Source: Naegleria gruberi
Lineage: Eukaryota
DNA length: 64,000 bases
Assembly (NCBI GenBank): GCA_000004985.1
Contig: GG738865.1
Reading direction: 5' to 3' (one strand)
The translations under genes and the position numbers were made by a program. Within the stretch, counting starts at the first letter, position 1, and every line of letters starts with the position of its first letter. Under the pieces are notes generated by a model. That model did no database searches, was not told the origin of the DNA, and saw only the letters and a list, made by a program, of their open reading frames with translations. Shown piece by piece: positions 1 to 11,200 of this stretch.

Positions 1-417
1 ACCCAAACCCAAACCCAAACCCAAACCCAAACCCAAACCCAAACCCAAACCCAAACCCAACCCAAACCCAAACCCAAACCCAAACCCAAACCCAAACCCA
101 AACCCAAACCCAAACCCAAACCCAACCCAAACCCAAACCCAAACCCAAACCCAAACCCAAACCCAAACCCAAACCCAAACCCAAACCCAAACCCAAACCC
201 AAACCCAAACCCAAACCCAAACCCAAACCCAAACCCAAACCCAAACCCAAACCCAAACCCAAACCCAAACCCAAACCCAAACCCAAACCCAAACCCAAAC
301 CCAAACCCAAACCCAAACCCAAACCCAAACCCAAACCCAAACCCAAACCCAAACCCAAACCCAAACCCAAACCCAAACCCAAACCCAAACCCAAACCCAA
401 ACCCAAACCCAAACCCA
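1..417. repeat. terminal telomeric repeat array (CCCAAA)n, equivalent to (TTTGGG)n on the G-rich strand
   Basis: About 69 perfect tandem hexamers starting at base 1. The C-rich strand runs 5'->3' on the + strand, as expected at a left chromosome end. CCCAA 5-mer variants occur at about 57-62 and 121-126. Degenerate copies (aaccctag, cccaaaatt) follow to about 470. Confidence 0.9.
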
Positions 418-807
418 GAACTAAAAATAGAATTCTTCTAAACCCAACGTTCAAACCCTAGCCCAAAATTATAAACTTATTCAAATATCATAAAATTTTA
501 TATCATTCGACTGCAAATGATGAGTAGAACAACATGTTATATTTAGTTTTTCAATTTATAAAATATTAACTTTGTAAATAATTTCAGATTAAAATTGTTA
601 AAATGAAACCATAGGAAGAATGATAATTTCAAAATCTTTTAATGAGATTATATAGTTTATATCATCATTAACAATATTCATAATCACTCTCATATGAAAT
701 TTCAAAAGTTCAAGTCTGTAGATATAAAAGTATAGAGAGAAAAGGGAAGATGTGAGGTAAAAGAGGTCAACTATAACTTTTGAGTTTCTCATCTAAACAT
801 ATTGAAT

Positions 808-1221
808 CCTGATATGAAAATGTTCCATTTGATGAGTAAACATCGAATATCAAATTTATTTTAACTTTCATATTTAAAGATTTCTTCCCTCAACCACACA
901 TGGTCAACTAGGTATGAAAAGGATAAAATCTTGAAAAAGAACCATTATTGAAACTTTACCAACATGATGTAGATGATCTACAATGATGTAGAATTCAATT
1001 TCATATCATAAGAATCAGAAATGGTACCGTAGGAAGATAATGGTTGACTTTATAAGGTTGACTTTAAGGAAATACAAGTCAGACCAAGTCTATCAAATAC
1101 ATCACTTCAATCAACAAAATATATATGAAAATGCTCCATTCGATGTGTAGAGATAGAATATCAAGTTTATTTTAACTTTCATATTCAATATTTCATCCCT
1201 TTCATACCAACTAGTCAACTG
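808..1221. repeat. subtelomeric satellite; two homologous ~110-nt blocks about 302 bp apart, running into an assembly gap
   Basis: 808-912 (atatgaaaatgttccatttgatgagtaaacatcgaatatcaaatttattttaactttcatat...ggtcaactagg) is clearly homologous to 1110-1221 (atatgaaaatgctccattcgatgtgtagagatagaatatcaagtttattttaactttcatat...agtcaactg). The second copy is cut off by the N run, so further copies are probably hidden in the gap. Confidence 0.6.
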
Positions 1222-2193
1222 NNNNNNNNNNNNNNNNNNNNNNNNNNNNNNNNNNNNNNNNNNNNNNNNNNNNNNNNNNNNNNNNNNNNNNNNNNNNNNN
1301 NNNNNNNNNNNNNNNNNNNNNNNNNNNNNNNNNNNNNNNNNNNNNNNNNNNNNNNNNNNNNNNNNNNNNNNNNNNNNNNNNNNNNNNNNNNNNNNNNNNN
1401 NNNNNNNNNNNNNNNNNNNNNNNNNNNNNNNNNNNNNNNNNNNNNNNNNNNNNNNNNNNNNNNNNNNNNNNNNNNNNNNNNNNNNNNNNNNNNNNNNNNN
1501 NNNNNNNNNNNNNNNNNNNNNNNNNNNNNNNNNNNNNNNNNNNNNNNNNNNNNNNNNNNNNNNNNNNNNNNNNNNNNNNNNNNNNNNNNNNNNNNNNNNN
1601 NNNNNNNNNNNNNNNNNNNNNNNNNNNNNNNNNNNNNNNNNNNNNNNNNNNNNNNNNNNNNNNNNNNNNNNNNNNNNNNNNNNNNNNNNNNNNNNNNNNN
1701 NNNNNNNNNNNNNNNNNNNNNNNNNNNNNNNNNNNNNNNNNNNNNNNNNNNNNNNNNNNNNNNNNNNNNNNNNNNNNNNNNNNNNNNNNNNNNNNNNNNN
1801 NNNNNNNNNNNNNNNNNNNNNNNNNNNNNNNNNNNNNNNNNNNNNNNNNNNNNNNNNNNNNNNNNNNNNNNNNNNNNNNNNNNNNNNNNNNNNNNNNNNN
1901 NNNNNNNNNNNNNNNNNNNNNNNNNNNNNNNNNNNNNNNNNNNNNNNNNNNNNNNNNNNNNNNNNNNNNNNNNNNNNNNNNNNNNNNNNNNNNNNNNNNN
2001 NNNNNNNNNNNNNNNNNNNNNNNNNNNNNNNNNNNNNNNNNNNNNNNNNNNNNNNNNNNNNNNNNNNNNNNNNNNNNNNNNNNNNNNNNNNNNNNNNNNN
2101 NNNNNNNNNNNNNNNNNNNNNNNNNNNNNNNNNNNNNNNNNNNNNNNNNNNNNNNNNNNNNNNNNNNNNNNNNNNNNNNNNNNNNNNNNNNAC
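1222..2193. other. assembly gap (972 N)
   Basis: Run of n characters. ORFs 1111..2268 and 1215..2210 in the track are translations of N and are not real. Confidence 0.99.
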
Positions 2194-2899
2194 AAGGTAG
2201 ATATCATCATTATACATCATGTATATGAGATTGGTGATGATTATAATAACATTCATATTATAGTACAATAAATGTTGAAAAGTTAATTATTAGACAAGTT
2301 GTAACTTTTTATATATACTGATTCAACATGATTAATTGAAAATATCATCTATTTATCTATATATCTACAGTATATTCAAATTTACATTCCAACTCAACTT
2401 TGAAATTTCAGACCCAACAGGGTAAAAATCTTTATGTTTTAAGCAGTGCCTTATAACTTTTTCTAGACTTTATATTTTTCAAATATTTTTGAGATTATAG
2501 TCAACTCATATGTGTATCTATCATATTTGAAATGATTGTGTTCCAAGTCATACTCGTTACTAGGAAATGAAAAATAAAAGTTAAGCACTAGTTTTCAGAG
2601 TTGATTTTCTGAATAAGTACAGTGAATTAAAATTCCATTTCTTTTTTATTATATAGTGTACAACGTCTAGTATGATATTGGTAAAAGTCAATTTGCAACA
2701 ATTGGACAACTAAATTTGGGTAATGGATTTACCCTACAGTCTCCCAAACCCCAAACCAAATAAATGATAATATCGTGTTCCACATCTCAAATAAGGTGGA
2801 CTTTCTTCAAATTATATTTTTTCATTTCAATAAATGCATCCAGTAGATAGTACATGGTGATTTGTCAGGAGAATGGATGGAAATCTGAACGGTCCAGAA

Positions 2900-3707
2900 A
2901 CAACTCCAATTTCACTGAAATTGATATCATGATATGTAGACACTCTAATTAGCATATGGTATCAATTTCATGAATATTGGTGCAGTAGATATCGACATGT
3001 CAACTCTATCAATTTATTGACATGATATCATAGATTATACTCCAACTCATTCATTTTACATACAATCAGCCTAGAGTTGATACCACATAGTCTGTACATC
3101 TATTAAATACATCTAGTGTAGTTTGGAAACAGTTCAAACTACTTTTATAAAATTAATCAGTAAATGTTCAATGTCAACAGTATATATATCCTAGTGAACA
3201 CTCTATCTCAATGAAAGTACATTCAATCATCCTGTAACTTTACCAGATATGTTAAATTACACTATTACACATCTGGTATCAATTTCATAGTGTTAGAATT
3301 GAATTCAATATGATAATAATAACAATTTTTCAAAAAGTCAACTTTCAGTACAAAGATTACACTCCATCTCAGTCAATTTACAAAATATCATACAAGTACC
3401 AAATATGAATACACTTCCCTTAATAAAGAGAACAATCTGATAAAGTTGCATATTCATGGCTCAATATCTTCAAGTCAACTAAGGAACGTATAAGGTAATC
3501 AATAGGGAAGAATCTTATTTTCAAAATTAAATTTTACTATGATACTATATTCACTGAATAATGAAATACTTATACAAGAATCACATGTTCAATTGTTATA
3601 TTCATGTCAGTAATCAGTGAAGGTGACACTTCTTCAACCTTAGTGTACACATCTCAATATGCATACTGTCAATTCCACTGAAACTTGAAATATTACCTAT
3701 CTAGAAA
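2900..3707. repeat. degenerate tandem repeats (period roughly 320-375 bp) in AT-rich non-coding subtelomeric DNA
   Basis: Recurring motifs: ggtatcaatttcat at ~2957 and ~3274; caatttcactgaaattga at ~2912 versus caattccactgaaacttga at ~3665; actccaactcattcattttaca at ~3040 versus actccatctcagtcaatttaca at ~3361. No ORFs. Confidence 0.35.
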
Positions 3708-3757
3708 NNNNNNNNNNNNNNNNNNNNNNNNNNNNNNNNNNNNNNNNNNNNNNNNNN
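3708..3757. other. assembly gap (50 N) immediately preceding the internal telomere-repeat block
   Basis: n run. Confidence 0.99.
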
Positions 3758-4072
3758 CCCAAACCCAAACCCAAACCCAAACCCAAACCCAAACCCAAAC
3801 CCAAACCCAAACCCAAACCCAAACCCAAACCCAAACCCAAACCCAAACCCAAACCCAAACCCAACCCCAACCCAAACCCAAACCCAAACCCAAACCCAAA
3901 CCCAAACCCAAACCCAAACCCAAACCCAAACCCAAACCCAAACCCAAACCCAAACCCAAACCCAAACCCAAACCCAAACCCAAACCCAAACCCAAACCCA
4001 AACCCAAACCCAAACCCAAACCCAAACCCAAACCCAAACCCAAACCCAAACCCAAACCCAAACCCAAACCCA
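3758..4072. repeat. interstitial (CCCAAA)n telomere-like array, about 52 units, same orientation as the terminal array
   Basis: Perfect hexamer tandem with one CCCCAACCCAA variant near 3862. It ends cccacgactaaggtcagacccaac. ORFs 3685..4119, 3693..4094 and 3697..4110 are translations of the repeat (QT/PK, GL, GF dipeptide runs). Confidence 0.9.
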
Positions 4073-4833
4073 CGACTAAGGTCAGACCCAACATTTTGAC
4101 TTTTATTCATCTTAATTAATTATCTCAATAAATACTCATTATAAATCAATATATTATATATCAATATACTCCAAATTGAATATATAATCATAATATAACA
4201 TAATATTACATCGTTATAATGACTTATTTAAGTTAATTTCATATAATAGATTAGACAATTTTAATATCAATGAAAACATTTCAAAATCAATTCAAATCAA
4301 TATATCACATTATAAATCATGTTTATAACAATACATATCAATTTCAAATACTTTGGTATCATTTCAGGATATTTACTATTCAACTTGTCAACGGACCCAT
4401 TCTAACATTGAAGATAGAAATCTGTTCCACTTCAATTCACTTCCAATACATCTGTACATGATAATTAAATATATTAATATCATTTTGACATTCATCCATA
4501 TCATACATGGTACATGGCTGATCCACTTGATACCTACAGGGTTGTGACAATGACATCTACTATACAGATCATCATGAAATTGATACAGCACCTTACCAAT
4601 GATGAATAAACACCACTGTATCAGTTTCATGACAATTTGAAATCATTCAACATGTCAGGAGTGTAATCATGAGAATAATGAATGTCAAGATAATGAAATC
4701 ATATTAATTTTAAAATCTTTCAATTATAATATCATTTATAGATCAATTAATCATGGTATTTCAATAATTGGTATTGAATTTCATATCAATTCATTCAAAC
4801 CTTAATGACCTAACCTTAGATGACCAAGTCAAT

Positions 4834-5412
4834 NNNNNNNNNNNNNNNNNNNNNNNNNNNNNNNNNNNNNNNNNNNNNNNNNNNNNNNNNNNNNNNNNNN
4901 NNNNNNNNNNNNNNNNNNNNNNNNNNNNNNNNNNNNNNNNNNNNNNNNNNNNNNNNNNNNNNNNNNNNNNNNNNNNNNNNNNNNNNNNNNNNNNNNNNNN
5001 NNNNNNNNNNNNNNNNNNNNNNNNNNNNNNNNNNNNNNNNNNNNNNNNNNNNNNNNNNNNNNNNNNNNNNNNNNNNNNNNNNNNNNNNNNNNNNNNNNNN
5101 NNNNNNNNNNNNNNNNNNNNNNNNNNNNNNNNNNNNNNNNNNNNNNNNNNNNNNNNNNNNNNNNNNNNNNNNNNNNNNNNNNNNNNNNNNNNNNNNNNNN
5201 NNNNNNNNNNNNNNNNNNNNNNNNNNNNNNNNNNNNNNNNNNNNNNNNNNNNNNNNNNNNNNNNNNNNNNNNNNNNNNNNNNNNNNNNNNNNNNNNNNNN
5301 NNNNNNNNNNNNNNNNNNNNNNNNNNNNNNNNNNNNNNNNNNNNNNNNNNNNNNNNNNNNNNNNNNNNNNNNNNNNNNNNNNNNNNNNNNNNNNNNNNNN
5401 NNNNNNNNNNNN
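4834..5412. other. assembly gap (579 N)
   Basis: n run. ORFs 4768..5421, 4820..5425 and 4829..5593 are N translations. Confidence 0.99.
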
Positions 5413-5417
5413 AAGAT

Positions 5418-6287
5418 TTGAATAGAGGATATATCATTCTGACTGAATATGCCAATGATATGATTATTGGAGCCAATTTGAATATTACGGGAGTTGGTTT
5501 TGACAGAATTCCAGTAAGAAATGTAACAGTTCGAAATGCTGGTTCACTAATGAACAAGTATCTATCAATGAATGTATCAGAGGGCGATATCACACAAGTT
5601 ACAGGAGAAGATGGGATTTCCTACATGATTTCCAGTTCATCCTATTCAATAGACAATTTGAAATGGAGAATGACAATAGTGTGTGAGGAGAGTGAAATTA
5701 TGGAAAATGTCATTCTTAGCAGTTATGTCATTTTGGGTGTTGCTATTGGAGTCACCTTAATTGGAATGATGTTCAGTATCTTGATAGGATATGCCATAAC
5801 GAAACCTCTTCGAATCATTCAATCCGATTTTGCAAAGATTGAAGTAATGAGTTTGGAAGATATTGAGAGACACTCTTCATTCTTTACCGAAATTAGAAAT
5901 ATCTATGTGAGCTTGTACTTGACAGTCAAGTGGTTACAGGAATTTAGAGCTTTCCTTCCAGAGAATATTCTTAATCAATTGGAAAGCAATGATCCTCAGA
6001 AACCTAAAGTAATTACAACACCTTCAGATCAACATGTCATTGAGAATTCAGCCAAACAACATTACCTAAAAAAGGAGAACTCATCATACTTGGAAGAGAA
6101 ATCCTCCCATACTTCATCATTCTTCCTTGGTGTTGATACCAATACCAATAACAAGATGAATCTCTTCAAAATTGGTTTGTCAACCCTTAACAGCTCTGTA
6201 ATGTATATCAAGATACAGNNNNNNNNNNNNNNNNNNNNNNNNNNNNNNNNNNNNNNNNNNNNNNNNNNNCTGTGTAGATTATTATAA
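5418..6287 (+). pseudogene. truncated paralogue of the Cache/TM/cyclase-homology receptor gene at 23427-26065; 5' end lost in the gap, no cyclase-homology domain downstream
   Basis: The protein GYIILTEYANDMIIGANL...NLKWRMTIV...ILGVAIGVTLIGMMFSILIGYAITKPL...WLQEFRAFLPENILNQLES aligns residue-for-residue with QKGFVIISEYGNDYIIGSSL...NLKWRMTLF...ILGVSIAVAILGILVSILVGWVVTSPF...WLSEIRAFIPDSILNQLDE of the 23427..25106 ORF. The frame opens directly at the gap edge. It closes shortly after a second 51-N gap (6219-6269). No coding potential is seen from 6290 to 7190. Confidence 0.55.
6219..6269. other. assembly gap (51 N)
   Basis: n run. Confidence 0.99.
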
Positions 6288-7197
6288 TCGTAATACCTTA
6301 CAATACCAATAAAACTCAATAGAAGAGTTAATTCTTCTCATTTTCAAATAGATTATTCAATATAGAACACATCTAGATAGTTTCCAGATCATAAAAGTCA
6401 AGCTACTATATATGGTCTTTGATTAAATTTAAAAATAGACTGCCGTTGATTACTGGAATCTTGATTCAAATTTTGTTTTTGAAGGTATGATGATCAAACT
6501 ATTGATTGAAAATCAAACCGATTATTTAATATTGATCATTGAATTGGTAAATAATCACTCTCTTTATAATGCTACATATTGAAGATTGATGCAAATCAAC
6601 GTGATTCAATCTACAAAGGTTGGTAGTTGCACCACTTCGTGGCGAAACTACCCATCCACAATCAATCAACATGTGATTCACTTCCATTCAACTCAATTTG
6701 ACCGTTATAATCAATAAATCAATGAAATGTTCCTTTATTAGCAATACCTATTCAATCTAATGAGTAGATTCACGTCCCAAACATTTGACTTCTCAAAGTC
6801 CATAATTCAAAAGTTGATACTGACCTGACCTTTATATATCTATCAATATAAGAAATGAAAACATCAAATTTACATCATTAATAGATTATAAGAAATATAA
6901 TCAATGATATAAATCTTCACTAAGTAATCTCTTAAATAGCCCAAATAAATCAACTCTGAATCCTAAACTCGTCCAAACACTGAACAGAACTAGATGGTTG
7001 AACAGCTAGTCATTGTTTGCTGTTTTATGGTGTATTCGAGATTTTGAAATCTTGAGAAATATGGATTTCTGATGGTTATTTCTAAACTTTGTTTATTGAC
7101 TTTTATGGAAAGGAATAAAATTGTCATCATGTGATAATTATGACTATCATGACAACAAGAGAATATACACATTTAAACAAAGTCTTTGTTGACATAT

Positions 7198-8016
7198 TTA
7201 TGAATAAAATACAAAAATTGCAAAGAATACCAATGCAATACTAAGGACAATGCTCAAAATATCCATTCCATCGAGAGAATTGAAGAAATTCTTCTTTGGT
7301 GGTGAGGATTCAATTTCAATGTTTGCTTTTTCTGTTTCAATATTTTCTAGTTGACTATCAGTTTCAACATTTTCCAGTGAATTTGGTATGTCAAAACTAA
7401 ATGCAGCGGTTTGAGCTTGAGGAGATCGAGGAACTTGGTTAGTAGATCCAAAACTAAAAGGATCAGAATTTGATAAATTACATGAATTCCCCATCATTTC
7501 ATTAAACATGTTTGTCATGTATTCCCCTTGTTGCTGTCGTAGGAAAGTTTTCAACAGTTCTTCTTGTAATTTCTGTTGTTGCTCCAGCTCACTTGTAGAT
7601 CCAAAACTAAATCCACTTGTTGCCTTTGGTAGTTGAGAGAATTCAGAACCTAAACTAAATCCATTTTGTACTGATTGAGTTGGTGGAGGAGGTAGAAAAT
7701 TACATCCACCAATCTGATTCGATTGTTGTTGCACTAATCCACCACATGTTGGTGGTGAAAAAGCACCAAAAGTAAATCCACCAAAAGAAGGTTGAGGAAC
7801 TTGGTTTGTATTAAATTGACCAAAATTATTTGGGAAATTGTTTGTTGATGAATTAATTTCTGTTGGAAAGAAAGGATTGGCAGATTGAGTGGAGGCAGAT
7901 CCAACATTAAATGCAGAAAAACCTTGGTCAACTGGACCAAACGGACCTAATTGACCTAAATTATTTGCACCTAAATTGCCCAGAACCTTTTCACGTTCTC
8001 TTTTCAAATCAATCAT
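7198..8016 (-). CDS. FG/FxFG-repeat, Q/N-rich protein with a C-terminal transmembrane tail anchor
   Basis: 272-aa ORF. Motifs FGGFTFGAF, GFSFGST and FSFGST. The C terminus ILSIVLSIALVFFAIFVFYS is hydrophobic and sits at the very end of the protein. Confidence 0.5.
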   Translation of the reverse strand: MIDLKREREKVLGNLGANNLGQLGPFGPVDQGFSAFNVGSASTQSANPFFPTEINSSTNNFPNNFGQFNTNQVPQPSFGGFTFGAFSPPTCGGLVQQQSNQIGGCNFLPPPPTQSVQNGFSLGSEFSQLPKATSGFSFGSTSELEQQQKLQEELLKTFLRQQQGEYMTNMFNEMMGNSCNLSNSDPFSFGSTNQVPRSPQAQTAAFSFDIPNSLENVETDSQLENIETEKANIEIESSPPKKNFFNSLDGMDILSIVLSIALVFFAIFVFYS

Positions 8017-8257
8017 TTTTTTTTAATTGTAAAAAAATAAACCACTTCAACAATCAAATGTTTAATTTACAAGGTTCACCTTAAAACTAAAAATAGAATA
8101 AAGAATCTATTATTCTATTACTTTCAAGAGAATTCATTACCTACCTATTGATGATAGAAATGAACATTATCATGATTTAATGATGTTCTTCATTATCAAA
8201 AATAGTAGGATTTAAACGTGGCAAATATCAAATATTAGAAATCCACAATATTCACAT

Positions 8258-11200
8258 TTAAAATAATTTTGCCAATACTGATAGCTCATTAATAATATCA
8301 TTAAACGAAGGTCTTTCCAGTGGTGCCTGATTCCAACATTTCACCATTAAATTTTGATATCTTTCCACTAGTGAAATAATCCCACTTCCATCCAATTGAT
8401 TACTATCCTTTCTGATATTGAAAATTTGTGAATCCTGATTGATAATCCATTCATTAATTTCCTCTCTGGACTTTAATATTATTGGACGATTTCCCAGGGA
8501 GACAAGATAAGGAATTCGATAAGGTGAAGCATCTTTTTGAACTTCCTTAGTAAGAGGATTTTCAATGAACGGAACAATACAGTATAGTAATTCATACATA
8601 ATGATTGAAAAACTGTAAACATCTAATTTTGTAGCAATTTTGAGTGATTTCTTTTCGTCTTTTGGAACAATTGAATCGTCAACTGATTCTGGAGCTAGAT
8701 ACATCAAAGTACCCACGTTCATTGTCATGGTTGACTGAACAGAATTTCTTACCAATCTCACCAATCCAAAATCACATACTTTTCCTTGAAAATGATCATT
8801 CAAAAGAATATTTCCAGGTTTCTATAAAAGGATTAATATTAATCCAATTATGTTAAAATAAAAAAAACGTACCAAATCTCTGTGAATAATTCCAGGTTTC
8901 ATATTATGCAAATAATCCATTCCATTTGCAACATCCAACAGAATGGAAATTCTCATAGAAAATTGTAATCTGAGAGTTCCATTCTTACATTGATAAATTA
9001 CTTGATCCAAACTTCCTTTTGTTAAATATTCAGTGACCATGTACTTGTTTTGTCTAGTAATGGCCACACCATAGAATTGGACAATGTTTAAATGGTGGAG
9101 TCTACTTAAAATAGCTGCTTCCTTGTCGAATTCATCAACTTCATTGGTCATTTCTAATGATTTTATGGATTTGATAGCAACTTTGATATTTCTCCATTTA
9201 CCCAAATAGACAACTAAAATGTTTGAAAACTAAAAATCAACAAGTGACTTACCTCCATTTCCTCCTTCTCCAATCTTTTTCTCTATATGTAAATCCTCAA
9301 TTGGAATGATAAAGCTTTGATCCTCATTATCCAATAATGGAATAAATAAATCCCCATTACCTGCACTAGCAGATGTCGATGCGCTCTTCTTAGAAGCTTT
9401 TGAATGTTGTTTTGTTTCCTCTTCATCATCACTCATATCAAAGATAACCTTCTTATCATTTAGTTTTCTTTCCAATTCCGCTTCTGCTCTATCCTTTTCC
9501 TTCAATCTTCTTAAACTATTGACAACTTTCCTCAAGATGAAATAGATCAGTAATGAAATTAGTAAGCCCATGACAAAAGCCAATATTGTAACTGGCACCA
9601 CAATTGATACGATAAGCCATGTATAATCCTCAGGGTTTTTCACACAAGCGTACAAATAATTCACATCTTTAAATTCAATAATGGTTCCTGGAACTTTTTC
9701 AATGTGATATCCTTTATCACAATTTGCCATGTAAGCTGTGTAATAGAACTTCTGGACGAGTATATCGGCCTTGAAATACATGGATACTTCCACTAGAGAA
9801 GAATTTTCACCATTTGAATTAGTAATAATACTCTGTGGAATATTGACAGCAGAAAATACGTCATTTGCAATTAGATATGGAATTACCTTAATGGTAAAGT
9901 TTCCAATCTCTGTAATGTTGAATACAACCTTTGAGTGCATAGACCCGACACGTATTCTCTCATAATAGAGTGGAATTAGATTTCCAATATTGTCTGTACC
10001 TTTCACATTAAAGGTAAATTCTGATCCAGGTTTAAGAATGTTAGCTGACTTGTTGGTGTCTGATATAATTTCCAATTCACTCAATGCATATGAAAAATTA
10101 TTTGGTATATTGGTTCCAATTATTTCATTTCCAATAATTAGATTTCCAATAAATTCATTACTTGGATCTACACTTTCTGGACCTAAAATATATACAGCAG
10201 CACCCATAAACAATGCTTGATTGTTAATAAACTTGGTATTGATAAAACGTCCATAGCCAACCAAGTACCGTGGAATGTAAGCTATTGCTCCACCTTTTTT
10301 GGCATAATTATTAATAAATGTTGCTGATTTCCATATATAATCATCTACTCTGTTAACTGAGGCATCAGTACATAGGAAAATAGCACCACCCATATTGGAA
10401 TAGTTATCCCGACCTATTACTCTATTGCTATCGAATAGAGATCCAGAATATTGGAATTGAATTACTAATGAACCAATATAGAGTGCACCACCTGAAATCA
10501 GTGCAATATTATTTCTAAAAGTACATGAAATAATATTAAGAGAGTAGGCTAAATCTATAAATATGGCACCTCCTGCACCACCCACTGAGGTATTATTTTC
10601 GAATTGACAATTAGATATTATTCCAATAGCATTAAGGTAACTTCTAGAAAATATTGGAACGAAAATGGCTCCTCCACTTTCCCTTGCCTCGTTACCAAAG
10701 AATGAAGACTTGTCAATTACCAACTTGAATATTCTACTAATGTAAAGACAAGATCCATTGATCCCTCTGTTGTTTAGAAATTGAGAATTTGTAATTGTGA
10801 CTTCATAGCTTTGTTCAATGATTACAAGATTTTTCAGATCTGGATAATAAGAGTTGCTATTGTTTGTCAACGTAATTTGATCAAGTTTCACTGAAGAAAA
10901 TCCTTGAATTGAAGCAAATGACTCTCCGTCATAGCCATGTGTATTTAAAATCTCAATACTGGTACCAAAATCAGCCATAATTGCAGAATCTCCACTATAT
11001 TGTGTAAATTCATTAGTATTGAATGTAATTTTAACAATATTTGTAATTCCAATCTTTGAATTGATTAATAAACATCCATAAACTTGCAACTCTTTAGATG
11101 AAGCAAGAAATAGTTGTGTTTCTTCAAATTTGGTTTGAAAAATTGTAATCTTGTCCATTTCAGAAAATAACATTCCACTTCCCACACCATTTACAATACT

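Noticed and set aside
1111-2268. ORFs 1111..2268, 1215..2210, 4768..5421, 4820..5425 and 4829..5593 consisting mostly of X
   Set aside because: They span N-run assembly gaps. The X residues are translated N, not sequence.
3685-4119. ORFs 3685..4119 (+), 3693..4094 (-) and 3697..4110 (-) encoding QT/PK, GL and GF dipeptide repeats
   Set aside because: They are pure translations of the (CCCAAA)n telomere-like array in three frames, with no flanking coding signal.
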